This document shows positions 37,738-47,299 of a DNA stretch of 64,000 nucleotides, in pieces. The DNA comes from Phycisphaerae bacterium. Lineage in GTDB: Bacteria; Planctomycetota; Phycisphaerae; UBA1845; Fen-1342. A model generated the notes under the pieces. The model was not told the DNA's origin. It was given only the letters and a program-made list of their open reading frames with translations, and ran no database searches. The first letter of the stretch is position 1; every line of letters begins with the position of its first letter. Made by a program: the position numbers and the translations under genes. The stretch covers positions 320,001 through 384,000 of the forward strand of contig CAXXWX010000015.1 of the NCBI GenBank assembly GCA_963675745.2, given 5' to 3'.

Positions 37738-39150
37738 ATGCCGGACCCCATGATTCAGCTCGAATACCACAACGTCCTCGACCGCACCATCGGCAAGGCC
37801 CACGGCCTCACGCTCGGAGAGATCAAACGGGCTGAGGCCGACGTCAAGACCGTCGTCGCACGCGTCGAACGTGAACGCAAAGACGGCCTCCACCGCTACC
37901 GTGAACTGCCGCGCGACGCCGAGATGCTCAAAACCATCAAGGCCGCCGTGCGGAAATTCAGGCCCGGCGTGGAAAACCTCGTCGTGCTGGGCATCGGCGG
38001 GTCGGCACTGGGCAACGTCGCGCTCCAGACCGCTCTGAACGACCCGTATTACCAGCTACACGCCAACAAGGACCGCCGCGGGCCGCGTTTGTTCGTCATG
38101 GACAACGTAGACCCGGTGCAGATCGCCGGCCTCATCGAGCTGCTCGGCCCGGCCCTGCGAAAAACGCTGTTTAACGTGATCAGCAAGTCCGGCGAAACCG
38201 CCGAGACCGCCGCACAGTATCTGCTGTTTCGCGACATGGTCGCCAAAAAGCTCGGACGCAAATCGCTGGCCCGGAATATCATCGTCACCACCGACCCCGA
38301 GCAGGGCACGCTGCGCTCGATGGTCGAACAGGATGGCTATTACGCGCTACCCGTGCCACCGGGCGTTGGTGGCCGCTTCTCCGTACTGTCGTCAGTCGGG
38401 CTGTTCTCGGCTGCCATGTGTGGGATCAAGATCGACAAGCTGCTGGCCGGGGCGGCGGACATGGGTGAGCGCGTCGCTCTCCGATCGGTGCGCAAGAACC
38501 CGGCCGCGATGCTCGCGCTGATCCTGCACGCCTACTACGTCCGCGGCAAACGCCTGCACGTTATGATGCCCTACAGCTTCCAGCTCAAGGACCTCGCCGA
38601 CTGGTATCGGCAACTGTGGGCCGAGAGCCTCGGCAAGCAACATGACGCCGAGGGACGGCCGCAAATCATCGGCCCCACGCCGATCAAGGCACTCGGCGCC
38701 ACCGACCAGCACTCCCAGGTGCAGCTCTATCGCGAAGGCCCCAACGACAAGGTCTTCATCTTTCTCGAGGTCGACAAATTCGCCAAGACGGTGAAAGTCC
38801 CCCGCCAGGCCGGCATCCCCGCGCCGTTGCAGTATCTACCCGGCGCGTCGTTCGGCACACTGCTCAACTCGGAGAAGCTGGCCACCGAGCACGCCCTGGC
38901 CGCCAGCCAGCGCCCGTGCCTGACCATCCGCTTCCCGCGCGTCAGCGAGGCCACCATCGGCCAGTTCATCATGCTCTGGGAGGCGGCGACGACAATCACC
39001 GGCCAACTCCTCAACCTGAACCCCTACGACCAGCCCGCGGTGCAAATGGGCAAGGATTTCACATATGCTCTGATGGGCAAGGCGGGATACAAACGGCAAG
39101 CGCGCGAACTGGCCAAGGCCGCCACCAACCGCGGAAAGTATGTCGTGTGA
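37738..39150 (+). CDS. pgi: Glucose-6-phosphate isomerase
   Basis: LGIGGSALG, SKSG, VGGRFSVLS, QLWAESLGK, DQHS and YDQPAV. Confidence 0.95.
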   Translation: MPDPMIQLEYHNVLDRTIGKAHGLTLGEIKRAEADVKTVVARVERERKDGLHRYRELPRDAEMLKTIKAAVRKFRPGVENLVVLGIGGSALGNVALQTALNDPYYQLHANKDRRGPRLFVMDNVDPVQIAGLIELLGPALRKTLFNVISKSGETAETAAQYLLFRDMVAKKLGRKSLARNIIVTTDPEQGTLRSMVEQDGYYALPVPPGVGGRFSVLSSVGLFSAAMCGIKIDKLLAGAADMGERVALRSVRKNPAAMLALILHAYYVRGKRLHVMMPYSFQLKDLADWYRQLWAESLGKQHDAEGRPQIIGPTPIKALGATDQHSQVQLYREGPNDKVFIFLEVDKFAKTVKVPRQAGIPAPLQYLPGASFGTLLNSEKLATEHALAASQRPCLTIRFPRVSEATIGQFIMLWEAATTITGQLLNLNPYDQPAVQMGKDFTYALMGKAGYKRQARELAKAATNRGKYVV

Positions 39151-39250
39151 GAATGCAGAATGAAGAATGATGAATGCAGAAAAACATAGTCGCGGCGGCG
39201 TCAACGCGGTGATACCGCCTTCTGCATTCTTCATTCCGCATTCTTCATTC
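39151..39250. repeat. Inverted pair of GAATGNN heptamer arrays between pgi and manC
   Basis: gaatgca gaatgaa gaatgat gaatgca gaa ... ttc tgcattc ttcattc cgcattc ttcattc. Confidence 0.9.
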
Positions 39251-39261
39251 AGGAGTAGCTC

Positions 39262-40320
39262 ATGCATCATGCTGTCATCATGGCCGGCGGGTCCGGCACG
39301 CGGCTCTGGCCGCTCAGCCGCCAGGATCGTCCGAAGCAACTGCTACGCCTCTTCGACGGGCAGTCACTGCTGCAAATCGCGCGCCGACGGCTCACCGGCC
39401 TGTTCGAGCCCCGGAATATCTGGGTAATCACCTCGGCCCGATACATCGACCTCGTCGCGAGCGAATTGCCCGACATCCCACGCGAGAACCTCATCGGCGA
39501 ACCCGTCGGCCGCGATACGGCGAACGCCATCGGCCTGGCGGCGGCCCTGCTGGCGCGGCGCGATCCCGACGCGACCATGGCCGTATTCACCGCCGACCAC
39601 ATCATCACGCCACAGCAGCGCTTCGCTGCCTCGATCAGCGCCGGGCTGGCCGCGGCCGATGACAACACTGATTCACTGGTAACTTTTGGCATCAAACCCA
39701 TGTCCCCGCACACCGGATACGGATACGTGCGCCGCGGCGAGACGCTTGGCGATGGCGTGTTCCGCGTGCGCGAGTTCAAAGAGAAGCCGGACCAGAAACT
39801 GGCCGAGCAGTACCTGGCCTCGGGCGAGTATTACTGGAACAGCGGCATGTTCGTGTGGCGGGTGTCAGCGATCCAGGCCGAACTCGAGCGCAACCTTCCA
39901 GACAACGCCGCCGCTCTCGCGCGGATCGCCGCCGACTGGGGGACCGACAATGCGGGCGCCGCGTTCGCGGAGCTACACAAGACGTCAATCGATTTCGGCG
40001 TGATGGAACACGCCCGCAGTGTGTTGATTGTCGAGATGCCCTGCGACTGGCTCGATCTGGGCTCGTGGAGCGCCATCGCCAACACACGCACACCGGACAA
40101 GGCCGGCAACACCTGCGTGGCCGCCAATGCAGCTGTCGTCAACGGACGCAACAACATCCTCGTCACCGAAGGCGATCATCTCATCGTGGCACTCGGCGTG
40201 GAAGACTTGGTCGTCGTGCATTGTGACGATGCAACGCTCGTGTGTCACCGCGATCACGAACAGGCCATCCGCGATCTGGCCACGCAGAGGCAGGAGCGCT
40301 TCGGCCGGCGCTACGAGTGA
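39262..40320 (+). CDS. manC: Mannose-1-phosphate guanylyltransferase (no cupin domain)
   Basis: MAGGSGTRLWPLSR, EPVGRDTA, FKEKP, WNSGMF and WLDLGSW. Confidence 0.94.
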   Translation: MHHAVIMAGGSGTRLWPLSRQDRPKQLLRLFDGQSLLQIARRRLTGLFEPRNIWVITSARYIDLVASELPDIPRENLIGEPVGRDTANAIGLAAALLARRDPDATMAVFTADHIITPQQRFAASISAGLAAADDNTDSLVTFGIKPMSPHTGYGYVRRGETLGDGVFRVREFKEKPDQKLAEQYLASGEYYWNSGMFVWRVSAIQAELERNLPDNAAALARIAADWGTDNAGAAFAELHKTSIDFGVMEHARSVLIVEMPCDWLDLGSWSAIANTRTPDKAGNTCVAANAAVVNGRNNILVTEGDHLIVALGVEDLVVVHCDDATLVCHRDHEQAIRDLATQRQERFGRRYE

Positions 40321-40325
40321 CTATC

Positions 40326-41378
40326 TCATTCAAACTCGGGGAGGTGGTGCAGCGGCCTGGCCTGCGCGGGTTGAGTTGCTTCCGATTCCGCCACGAACAC
40401 CGACCAGTCATATCGCAGCATGCACAAGCGGTCCTGCCACCCGTCAAAGGCGATCGTCGGAGTCTGCCCGCGCAGCTCCTGGATCAGCCAGCCGGGAATG
40501 TCCGCGCCGGCGGCAATCGCCAGCGGCATCCCGCCACCAACGCGCGGATTGATCTCGATAAAGCGAATCCGGCGGTCGGCGGTAACGATGCATTGGAGCG
40601 TCACCACGCCACGCTGTGACGGGCCCAACACGTCGACGACGCGCTTGCCCACCTGCATGATCTCGTCATCCTTGACCGTCATGCCCTTGGATACCTCGCC
40701 GCCACGAACCTGCAACCGGCGCCGCGGCACCACACAGCGCGCCTCTCCGGTCAGCCCCACATACACATCCAGCGTGTGCTCGACGCCGTCCACGAACTCC
40801 TGGACGATCGGATCGGGCACGTGTGCCAGGTGATATTCGAGCTCGCCGGCGTCGGCGATCTTGTGCACATGGTGGCTCGCGCTTCCGGTACGGGGTTTCA
40901 CGAGCAGCGGGTATTCCAGCGTGCGTTTGCGCTTGACCTGAGCGGGCGTGTATGTCACCGGCGTATCGATGCCCTGCCCGGCCAGGAAATCATGAGTCAG
41001 CGTTTTGTCACGACACGTCCGAATGACATCCGGCTTGGCGATCAACGCGGTGCAGCCGGCCGCCTCGAAGTCGTCGCGCGCAGCGCTGAGTTTCGGCAGA
41101 TCGGTGTCCGTCGTCGGAATGAGCGCATCGACCGCATGTTGCTTGATGAGTTCCAGCAGTTGCGGGATGTAGTCCGCATGATCGACCGCCGGCACCAGGA
41201 TCGGCGAGTCCGCCACGTATAACGCCGGCGCGGTCTGCTCGCTGTCGACGGCGATAATGCGCAGCTTCACGCCCAGCCGCCGCGCCGCCGCACTGAACGC
41301 GCGCAGGAGCTCGACCCGGCGTCCCGCACAGGTAACCAGCAGCGTGAGCGCGTCAGATTGGCTCTTTCCAGTCGCCAT
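40326..41378 (-). CDS. ATP-grasp domain protein (carbamoyl-phosphate-synthase-like family)
   Basis: TCAGRRVEL, CRDK, VKPRTGSAS, VQEFVDG and IEINPRVGGG. Confidence 0.88.
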   Translation of the reverse strand: MATGKSQSDALTLLVTCAGRRVELLRAFSAAARRLGVKLRIIAVDSEQTAPALYVADSPILVPAVDHADYIPQLLELIKQHAVDALIPTTDTDLPKLSAARDDFEAAGCTALIAKPDVIRTCRDKTLTHDFLAGQGIDTPVTYTPAQVKRKRTLEYPLLVKPRTGSASHHVHKIADAGELEYHLAHVPDPIVQEFVDGVEHTLDVYVGLTGEARCVVPRRRLQVRGGEVSKGMTVKDDEIMQVGKRVVDVLGPSQRGVVTLQCIVTADRRIRFIEINPRVGGGMPLAIAAGADIPGWLIQELRGQTPTIAFDGWQDRLCMLRYDWSVFVAESEATQPAQARPLHHLPEFE

Positions 41379-41560
41379 GAAACTACACTGTCCCGCACGA
41401 AGCCATCGGCGCCAAGAGCTTGGCGCGACTCGATCGCGTATATCCGGCCGATAAATCTACCGGTGGCGCCCCGTCAACCGCGTGACGCCGACGTCAGACC
41501 TACAACCTGTGCTGATCATCGGCGCGAATCAGCACCCGGGCGACAGAAATGGCCGGCAAT

Positions 41561-42080
41561 TTACAGGTATATCGGCCCGGAGTAATAAACCACCGCGCCG
41601 CGTGCGGCTCCCCAATACACGGTCGACGACGAGCCATCGATCAGCCGGGCCGACGCGACGCCGTTGCTATCGGTTCGCCACAACGTAATGGCTGTTCGAA
41701 TCCACGGTTTCGACCACCGTCCCCCACGTCCCAGATGATCGTGTCTACCGCGCCCGACGGAGCGACCGCCGTAGTTATCCGCGATCCACACGCGCAAAAG
41801 CGATCTGCTCGGGACGTTCGTGCGAAACGTGGTGGCCTTGGCGCCGACGGCGTCGGATGTGGAGATCTTCAGCGACGTGGCGACGTCGGGCGCCAGGGCT
41901 TCGGCCAGCGTGCGGATGAACTCGGCGTGCGCGATGATCTCGTCATCGTCGCGTTTCAGCGGGACGCGGAGTTGAGCGAGGGCCGTCGCGATTTGCACTA
42001 CGCTCGTTTCGAGGCGCGACGAGGGAAAACGGCCCACGAGCCAGATCGGGGCCAAAAAACTCGGTGTGGCGTTCGTTCAT
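41561..42080 (-). pseudogene. Hypothetical protein gene of about 170 aa, broken by about four single-base insertions (assembly error or decay)
   Basis: AAGGAG RBS and ATG at 42080; coherent GC3-rich reading requires +1 shifts near 42035-42055, 41766, 41722 and 41675. Confidence 0.55.
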
Positions 42081-42277
42081 GCGAAGCTCCTTGCGCAGTC
42101 GGGGCCGGGTGCGTCTGTTCCTGGGAATACTAGCACTGGCGCGCGCCCGGCCGGGGCGCAAAGCACCGCTCTGGCGCAAAATGGTGGGTTTTGGCGTGGT
42201 TCCGGCAGAGAGCAATGCCGGATGCAGATGCTAAGCCGGCTTAAATCACAGATTTAAAACCTGCGGCCCTGGACTGG

Positions 42278-43632
42278 CTACAGCTCGCGGAAGCGCGCCG
42301 TGAAATGCCGCAGCGTCGGCGGAGCCTCGATAATCTCCAGCCCGCGCAGCTTGTCACGCCCTTTGTACAGCTCCAGCAACCCTTCGATGACGTAGTCAAT
42401 GTGACTTTGCGTGTACACACGCCGCGGAATCGCCAGGCGCACCAGCTCCATGGGCGGCGGCGTGCCGCTCCCGCCGAACATCACACTGCCGATCTCAACC
42501 GCGCGAATGCCCGCCTCACGGTAGAGCCCCACAACCAGCGCCTGCCCCGGAAACTGCGCCGGCGCGATGTGCGGGCAGAATGCCTGGGCATCGATGTAGA
42601 TTGCGTGCCCACCGGCGGCTCGACTATCTGAATGCCGGCGGCGCTGAGCTTCTCACCGAGATACAGCGTGCTGCGAATGCGATATTGCAGGTAATCCTCG
42701 TGTACGACTTCCTCGAAGCCCTGCGCCATGGCCTCTAGGTCGCGTCCGGCCATCCCGCCATAGGTCAGATAGCCTTCCGTCAATATCAGGAGCTCGTCGG
42801 CACGCCGAATCAGCGTGGGATCGCGCAGCAATAGCAGGCCGCCGATGTTGACGATGCCGTCCTTTTTCGCGCTGATCGTGGCCCCGTCAGCCAGGTCGAA
42901 CATCTCACGCACGATGTCGCGCACGGCGCGCTTCTCCTGCCCGGGCTCGCGCTGCTTGATGAAATAGGCATTCTCGGCAAAGCGGCAGGCGTCGAGAAAC
43001 AGCGGCAGATTATGGCGATCGCAAACGGCCCGCACCGCCCTCAGATTCTCCAGGCTTACCGGCTGCCCGCCGCCGCTGTTGTTCGTCACTGTCACCATGA
43101 CCACCGGAATCCGCTCGGGGCCTTCGGCTTCCACCAGAGCCTCCAGAGCGGCGATATCCATATTGCCCTTGAACGGATGCCGCGTCTGGGGCTGTCTGCC
43201 CTCCGGGATAACCAGATCAACGGCCCGCGCGCCGGAGTGCTCGACGTTGGCCCGCGTTGTGTCGAAGTGGCTGTTGTTCGGCACGACTTTGCCGGGCCCG
43301 CCAACCAGCTCAAACAGGATACGTTCGCTGGCCCGCCCCTGGTGCGTCGGCAGGATGTGCTCAAAACCCATCAGTTCGCGCACCTTGTCGCGCAACACAA
43401 ACCAACTGCGCGCACCGGCGTATGACTCGTCACCGCGCATAATCCCCGCCCACTGCCGGCTGCTCATCGCCCCCGTACCGCTGTCGGTCAGCAGGTCGAT
43501 CAGCACATCGTCAGCCTTGATCAGAAACGCGTTGTAGGCCGCCTCGCGGAGAATCTGTTCGCGCTCCGCACGAGTCGTCATGCGGATCGGCTCGACAACT
43601 TTGATGCGAAACGGCTCAATGATCGTCTTCAT
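42278..43632 (-). pseudogene. tnaA: Tryptophanase with one frameshift at about 42612
   Basis: IDLLTDSGT, THQGR, HFDTT, PLP-Lys SAKKD and LRHFTARF (His/Asp diagnostic of TnaA over TPL); EPP-GT-GGG-CAC lacks one G of EPPGGH. Confidence 0.88.
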
Positions 43633-43687
43633 GGCGTGAACCTCTCGTTCGTGTGCCCCGCCACCGCGTTGCCGGCGGGGCGCGGAA

Positions 43688-45136
43688 TCAATCAATGTCC
43701 CAGATGCGCAAGGCCGCGAGCCACCGCTCGGCCTCGGGGCCGGCGACAGCCGCCACTTCATCGTCCATCGCCGCACGCCGCGCCGTCTCCCAATCGGCCC
43801 GCGCGTCGTCGGCCATCCTGGCTGCACCGCCCCAGGACATGCCGATCAGCAGCCACAGAACTGTCGTCGCCGCGCCGGCGCGAGCCAGCCACCCGCGGCG
43901 TCCCAGGGGCGCGCGGTGGGCCAGGCCGACGATTAGCGCCCACCCCGCGCCGACGCACGCGCCCAGCAGGACCGTGCGATACCAGGTCGTGGGCATGCCC
44001 CATTCAAAAACGCGGCGCAGGTCCGACTGGAAGTGGCTGTCACCCGTTGACCACCCGAGAAACACGAGCAGCACAACGGCCACGACAGCCAGCACGCTTT
44101 TGCCCACAGGCGGCCAGCGTGTCTCCCGATCGACAATCCAGCACCACGCCACCAGCAATGTTAATAGTCCGACCCCCAACGACACGCCGGTAAGCCAGGT
44201 GCACAGCTTAAGCCAGATCAAGACGCGCGCGTACTCATCTGGGCATAACACGGGTTGCGCTTCCCAACCGAGGTAGTCGTCGGCGCGCCCTTGCGCCGCC
44301 TCTCGATACGCCGCCCGCCACGCGCGCAGGTCGCCGGCAAGCCGAGCCGACTCGGACGCCGCATCCACCGCACCGTCCCGCTCGAGCGTGTCGGCCAACA
44401 GATCGGCCGCCAGCAGGCGTAGTCCCGGCGGGGCCGGTTCCAGCACCCATTGACGCAGCAGTCGTAGCCGCGTGCGCCGGCAGGAGCGTGCCGCGCCCGT
44501 GTCGCCGCTGTTCCGGCACGCATCTTCAACGCGCTCAAGCCGCGCGGCCGTGTATTGCAGCAGCGCGTTGTGGGGAAAACCGACGAATCGATAACGGCCC
44601 GCCTCGCGCGCCGTTGCCGGCGAAACTCCCAGTGACGCGTACAGCCCCTCCCAGTAGTCGATGTAAGCCCGGCTGTGATGGGCCAGCGACGCGCCCTCAA
44701 TCCCGGTTATGTACGGCGACAGCCTTGACCACCATTCGTCGGGCGCCACACCGCCGCGCTCCAATTCGAGCATCAGCATGGCCGCCCGGTAAATGCGCGG
44801 CAGGAATGTGCTCCGCACGCTCGCCAGCTCAGCCAGTTCGCGCTCGGTTGGGATTGGTGCGCGCGCCGGGTCGACCAGCGATTCCTCAAACCTCCTGGCG
44901 CAGCTCGCCAGAACGGCGGCATCACGCACGATCGGCGGCGCCTTCCCGCGCATCATTTCGAGTCTGGCGGTCACCTGGCTTTCGGTCACGCGCGTTATCT
45001 GGGCACGGGGCAAGCGACGCCACACATCCATGGCCCAAACCGCGCCACCAATGTTGACCGTCACCGTCACCATGAAGATAGCAGTCGGCACCAGAACGTC
45101 GCTGATCGTCATCGGCCGATTCGGAGACTTCCGCAT
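43688..45136 (-). CDS. Hypothetical membrane protein
   Basis: 482-aa ORF with an N-terminal TM helix and about four C-terminal TM helices. Confidence 0.65.
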   Translation of the reverse strand: MRKSPNRPMTISDVLVPTAIFMVTVTVNIGGAVWAMDVWRRLPRAQITRVTESQVTARLEMMRGKAPPIVRDAAVLASCARRFEESLVDPARAPIPTERELAELASVRSTFLPRIYRAAMLMLELERGGVAPDEWWSRLSPYITGIEGASLAHHSRAYIDYWEGLYASLGVSPATAREAGRYRFVGFPHNALLQYTAARLERVEDACRNSGDTGAARSCRRTRLRLLRQWVLEPAPPGLRLLAADLLADTLERDGAVDAASESARLAGDLRAWRAAYREAAQGRADDYLGWEAQPVLCPDEYARVLIWLKLCTWLTGVSLGVGLLTLLVAWCWIVDRETRWPPVGKSVLAVVAVVLLVFLGWSTGDSHFQSDLRRVFEWGMPTTWYRTVLLGACVGAGWALIVGLAHRAPLGRRGWLARAGAATTVLWLLIGMSWGGAARMADDARADWETARRAAMDDEVAAVAGPEAERWLAALRIWDID

Positions 45137-45190
45137 GGCGTCAAGCTAAACGGAGTGGGAATAGAGCACAACCGGGGAAAGGGGGGTGGA

Positions 45191-45232
45191 GCAGGGAGCA
45201 GGGAACAGGGAACAGGGAACGGGGAACGGGGC
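45191..45232 (+). repeat. Six-copy heptamer array (RCAGGGA)
   Basis: gcaggga gcaggga acaggga acaggga acgggga acggggc. Confidence 0.85.
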
Positions 45233-45301
45233 TGGCCGGCCTTGTGCGGCCGCTCTTGGGCAGTGCGGAGTCCCGCGGGCTATCGTTACTGTCGGCGTGT
45301 G

Positions 45302-46171
45302 CTAGCGCGTGACCAGGCCGATCAGGCGATAGACCAGCTTGGCCGCTAGGAATTCGGTCACCGTGCTTGGCGACTGGGGGCTCACTTCGACCACGTCAGC
45401 GGCAACGATCTCCCGCGCGCCGGCTACGGCCGCCAGCAGGCCGGTCACCTGGTGCCAATCCAGCCCGCCGGGCTCGGGCGTGCCGGTGCCGGGCGCACAG
45501 GCCGGGTCGAAGCCGTCAATATCTATCGTCACATACACCTGGTCGGTCAGGTGCGTCAGCACCTCCTCGATCCAGCGATCAGACGAGCGGCAATCACTCG
45601 CGTGTACGATTGGTATACGCTGGCGCTTTATGAACCGCGCTTCTTCGCTCGAATAGCTGCGCACGCCCACACCCACAATCGGAACGTGCAGATCCCAGAT
45701 CCGCCGCATCACGCACGCGTGACTGTGGCGCGAGCCCTGATAGCTATCGCGCAGGTCGGCGTGGGCATCGATCTGAAGAACCGAGAGCCGCTTGTGCCGC
45801 GAGCGCACGGCGCGAACCAGCGCGGCGCTGATGCTATGCTCGCCGCCGATGCCGATGAGAAACTTCCCGTCGCGCACAACCTTGGCGGCGGTTTTGTACA
45901 CGCGTGCCAGCGTCGGCTCGGGACCGCGCGCGTCGGGTTCAAGCGGGTCCAGAGTGGCCACCCCGCCGCGCCACGACTCGCGCCCCAGAGACGCGTCAAA
46001 CAGCTCCACCTGTTGCGAAGCGGTGATGATCGCGCGCGGGCCATGTCGCGTCCCCCCACCATAGCTGGTCGTCGCTTCGTACGGAATCGGCAAGACCGCA
46101 AACCGCGCCCCGGCGTAGGCACCGGCCGCGGAGCCTAACCCCAGGAAATTGTCGGGAATCGAAGCTGCCAT
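45302..46171 (-). CDS. speB: Agmatinase
   Basis: GGEHS, DAHAD, SHAC, DIDGFDP and GTPEPGG ureohydrolase motifs; adjacent to arginine decarboxylase. Confidence 0.92.
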   Translation of the reverse strand: MAASIPDNFLGLGSAAGAYAGARFAVLPIPYEATTSYGGGTRHGPRAIITASQQVELFDASLGRESWRGGVATLDPLEPDARGPEPTLARVYKTAAKVVRDGKFLIGIGGEHSISAALVRAVRSRHKRLSVLQIDAHADLRDSYQGSRHSHACVMRRIWDLHVPIVGVGVRSYSSEEARFIKRQRIPIVHASDCRSSDRWIEEVLTHLTDQVYVTIDIDGFDPACAPGTGTPEPGGLDWHQVTGLLAAVAGAREIVAADVVEVSPQSPSTVTEFLAAKLVYRLIGLVTR

Positions 46172-46270
46172 GCGCCTGACCTTGTGCCACTGCTCTTGAG
46201 CAGTGCGGCTCTGGCGAAGCGGGCGTCAGAACCACTCGTCAATTGACGTGCGACGGAACGCTAGCCCCGG

Positions 46271-46885
46271 TTATTTCGCGATGCCGCTTGCTGCGGCCAT
46301 CTCGGCGGCCAGGCGCTTCACGTTCGAGGCATGATCAAAAATCATCACCGCCGCGGCCACCACGCTCGTCCACAACCCCTTCTTGTGGCCCTCGGCCGTC
46401 TGAACCACCGCGCGGGTCTTCACAATCTTGCCGCTCATGCGGTATATCTCGCGGCGGGCATCGTAGTCTGCATCCAGGTCAAACTCGACACCCTGCGTCG
46501 AGGCTAGCATGCTCGCCGCCATGTCTTCCACAAAGTCGGCGGTCCTGCGTTCAGTCATGCCATAGCCATGGTGCTCGGAGATGTACCCGAAGTGATCGCC
46601 GTCAGCCGGCACAGCGAGCCCGATGCCCGCGGACACCAGCCGACTCGGTTCGTTGGTTCGGGCTTCGGCGAGCACGACATACGTGATCTGGCCGGGACTC
46701 AACTTCGCCAGGCCCACGCGCCGCGAGACAATCTTGCACATCGGCGGGAAAATGCTGGAGACCTTGACGAGGTTCAAGTGCGCAATACCGGCATTGCGCA
46801 ATGCTGCTTCGAATGACTCGAGATTGTGCCGGTGCCGGCCAACACCCCGCGTGAAGAACATCTCGGTTGCTACGGGAAAGATCAT
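46271..46885 (-). CDS. Pyruvoyl-dependent arginine decarboxylase
   Basis: SFEAALRNAGI, self-cleavage site NLVKVSSIFPP and GYISEHH; AGGAGG RBS. Confidence 0.92.
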   Translation of the reverse strand: MIFPVATEMFFTRGVGRHRHNLESFEAALRNAGIAHLNLVKVSSIFPPMCKIVSRRVGLAKLSPGQITYVVLAEARTNEPSRLVSAGIGLAVPADGDHFGYISEHHGYGMTERRTADFVEDMAASMLASTQGVEFDLDADYDARREIYRMSGKIVKTRAVVQTAEGHKKGLWTSVVAAAVMIFDHASNVKRLAAEMAAASGIAK

Positions 46886-46963
46886 CGCGAGCGTCCTCCT
46901 GCCCCCGGGACCCGCCACAGCCCTTTGGGGTGCTTCCACCCCGGATTCTGTCAAACGCGGCGA

Positions 46964-46991
46964 ATTATAGCACCTGCCCGCCTACGCTCAA
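46964..46991 (-). promoter_or_regulatory. sigma70 promoter of the arginine decarboxylase-agmatinase operon
   Basis: TTGAGC-N16-TATAAT on the minus strand. Confidence 0.6.
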
Positions 46992-47047
46992 TCGGGCTGA
47001 GGCACATTGCGCCGGTTTTGAACGAGCGATTTGTGAGCGGCCCGAAT

Positions 47048-47198
47048 GTTTCCCATGATTCCTGTGGATGGAGCCACGAGCACGGGCAATTGCCCGGACT
47101 TCAGAGGGAGCCACACTGAGGTGCATTCTGGATTGGGGAGAAGCACATCGTGTGTTACCGGGTCGGCGCCGATCAAACGGCGCCGACCCTTTTTATTT
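47048..47198 (+). ncRNA. Candidate structured small RNA or attenuator leader (GGA-rich)
   Basis: Several hairpins, two GGAGCCAC repeats and six GGA, ending in a strong terminator with no upstream same-strand CDS. Confidence 0.45.
47160..47198 (+). terminator. Rho-independent terminator
   Basis: GGGTCGGCGCCG-ATCAAA-CGGCGCCGACCC-TTTTTATTT. Confidence 0.9.
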
Positions 47199-47299
47199 GC
47201 GCCACCCGCCGCTAAGCTCGGCGGGCGGCGTGTCCGTACGCACAGCGCAGACCGCCCGCGGCGCCTGGCTGGCTGGAGCCGCACAGATGAGGAACGGGC

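Noticed and set aside
42050..42060. Programmed ribosomal frameshift at TTT TTT
   Set aside because: Several other indels cluster within 1 kb, so sequence error or decay is the simpler explanation.
42191..42207. GG-N10-GC sigma54-like site
   Set aside because: Poor -12 element and no plus-strand gene downstream.
42278..43632. Tyrosine phenol-lyase call
   Set aside because: FDTT, SAKKD and LRHF match tryptophanase rather than TPL (FTTT, SGKKD, LRFF).
46990..47200. 6S RNA, SRP RNA, or SAM/cobalamin/glycine/guanidine riboswitch identity for the intergenic RNA
   Set aside because: Lacks the long rod with central bubble of 6S, the SRP loop motif and the riboswitch consensus cores as I recall them; kept as an unclassified candidate.
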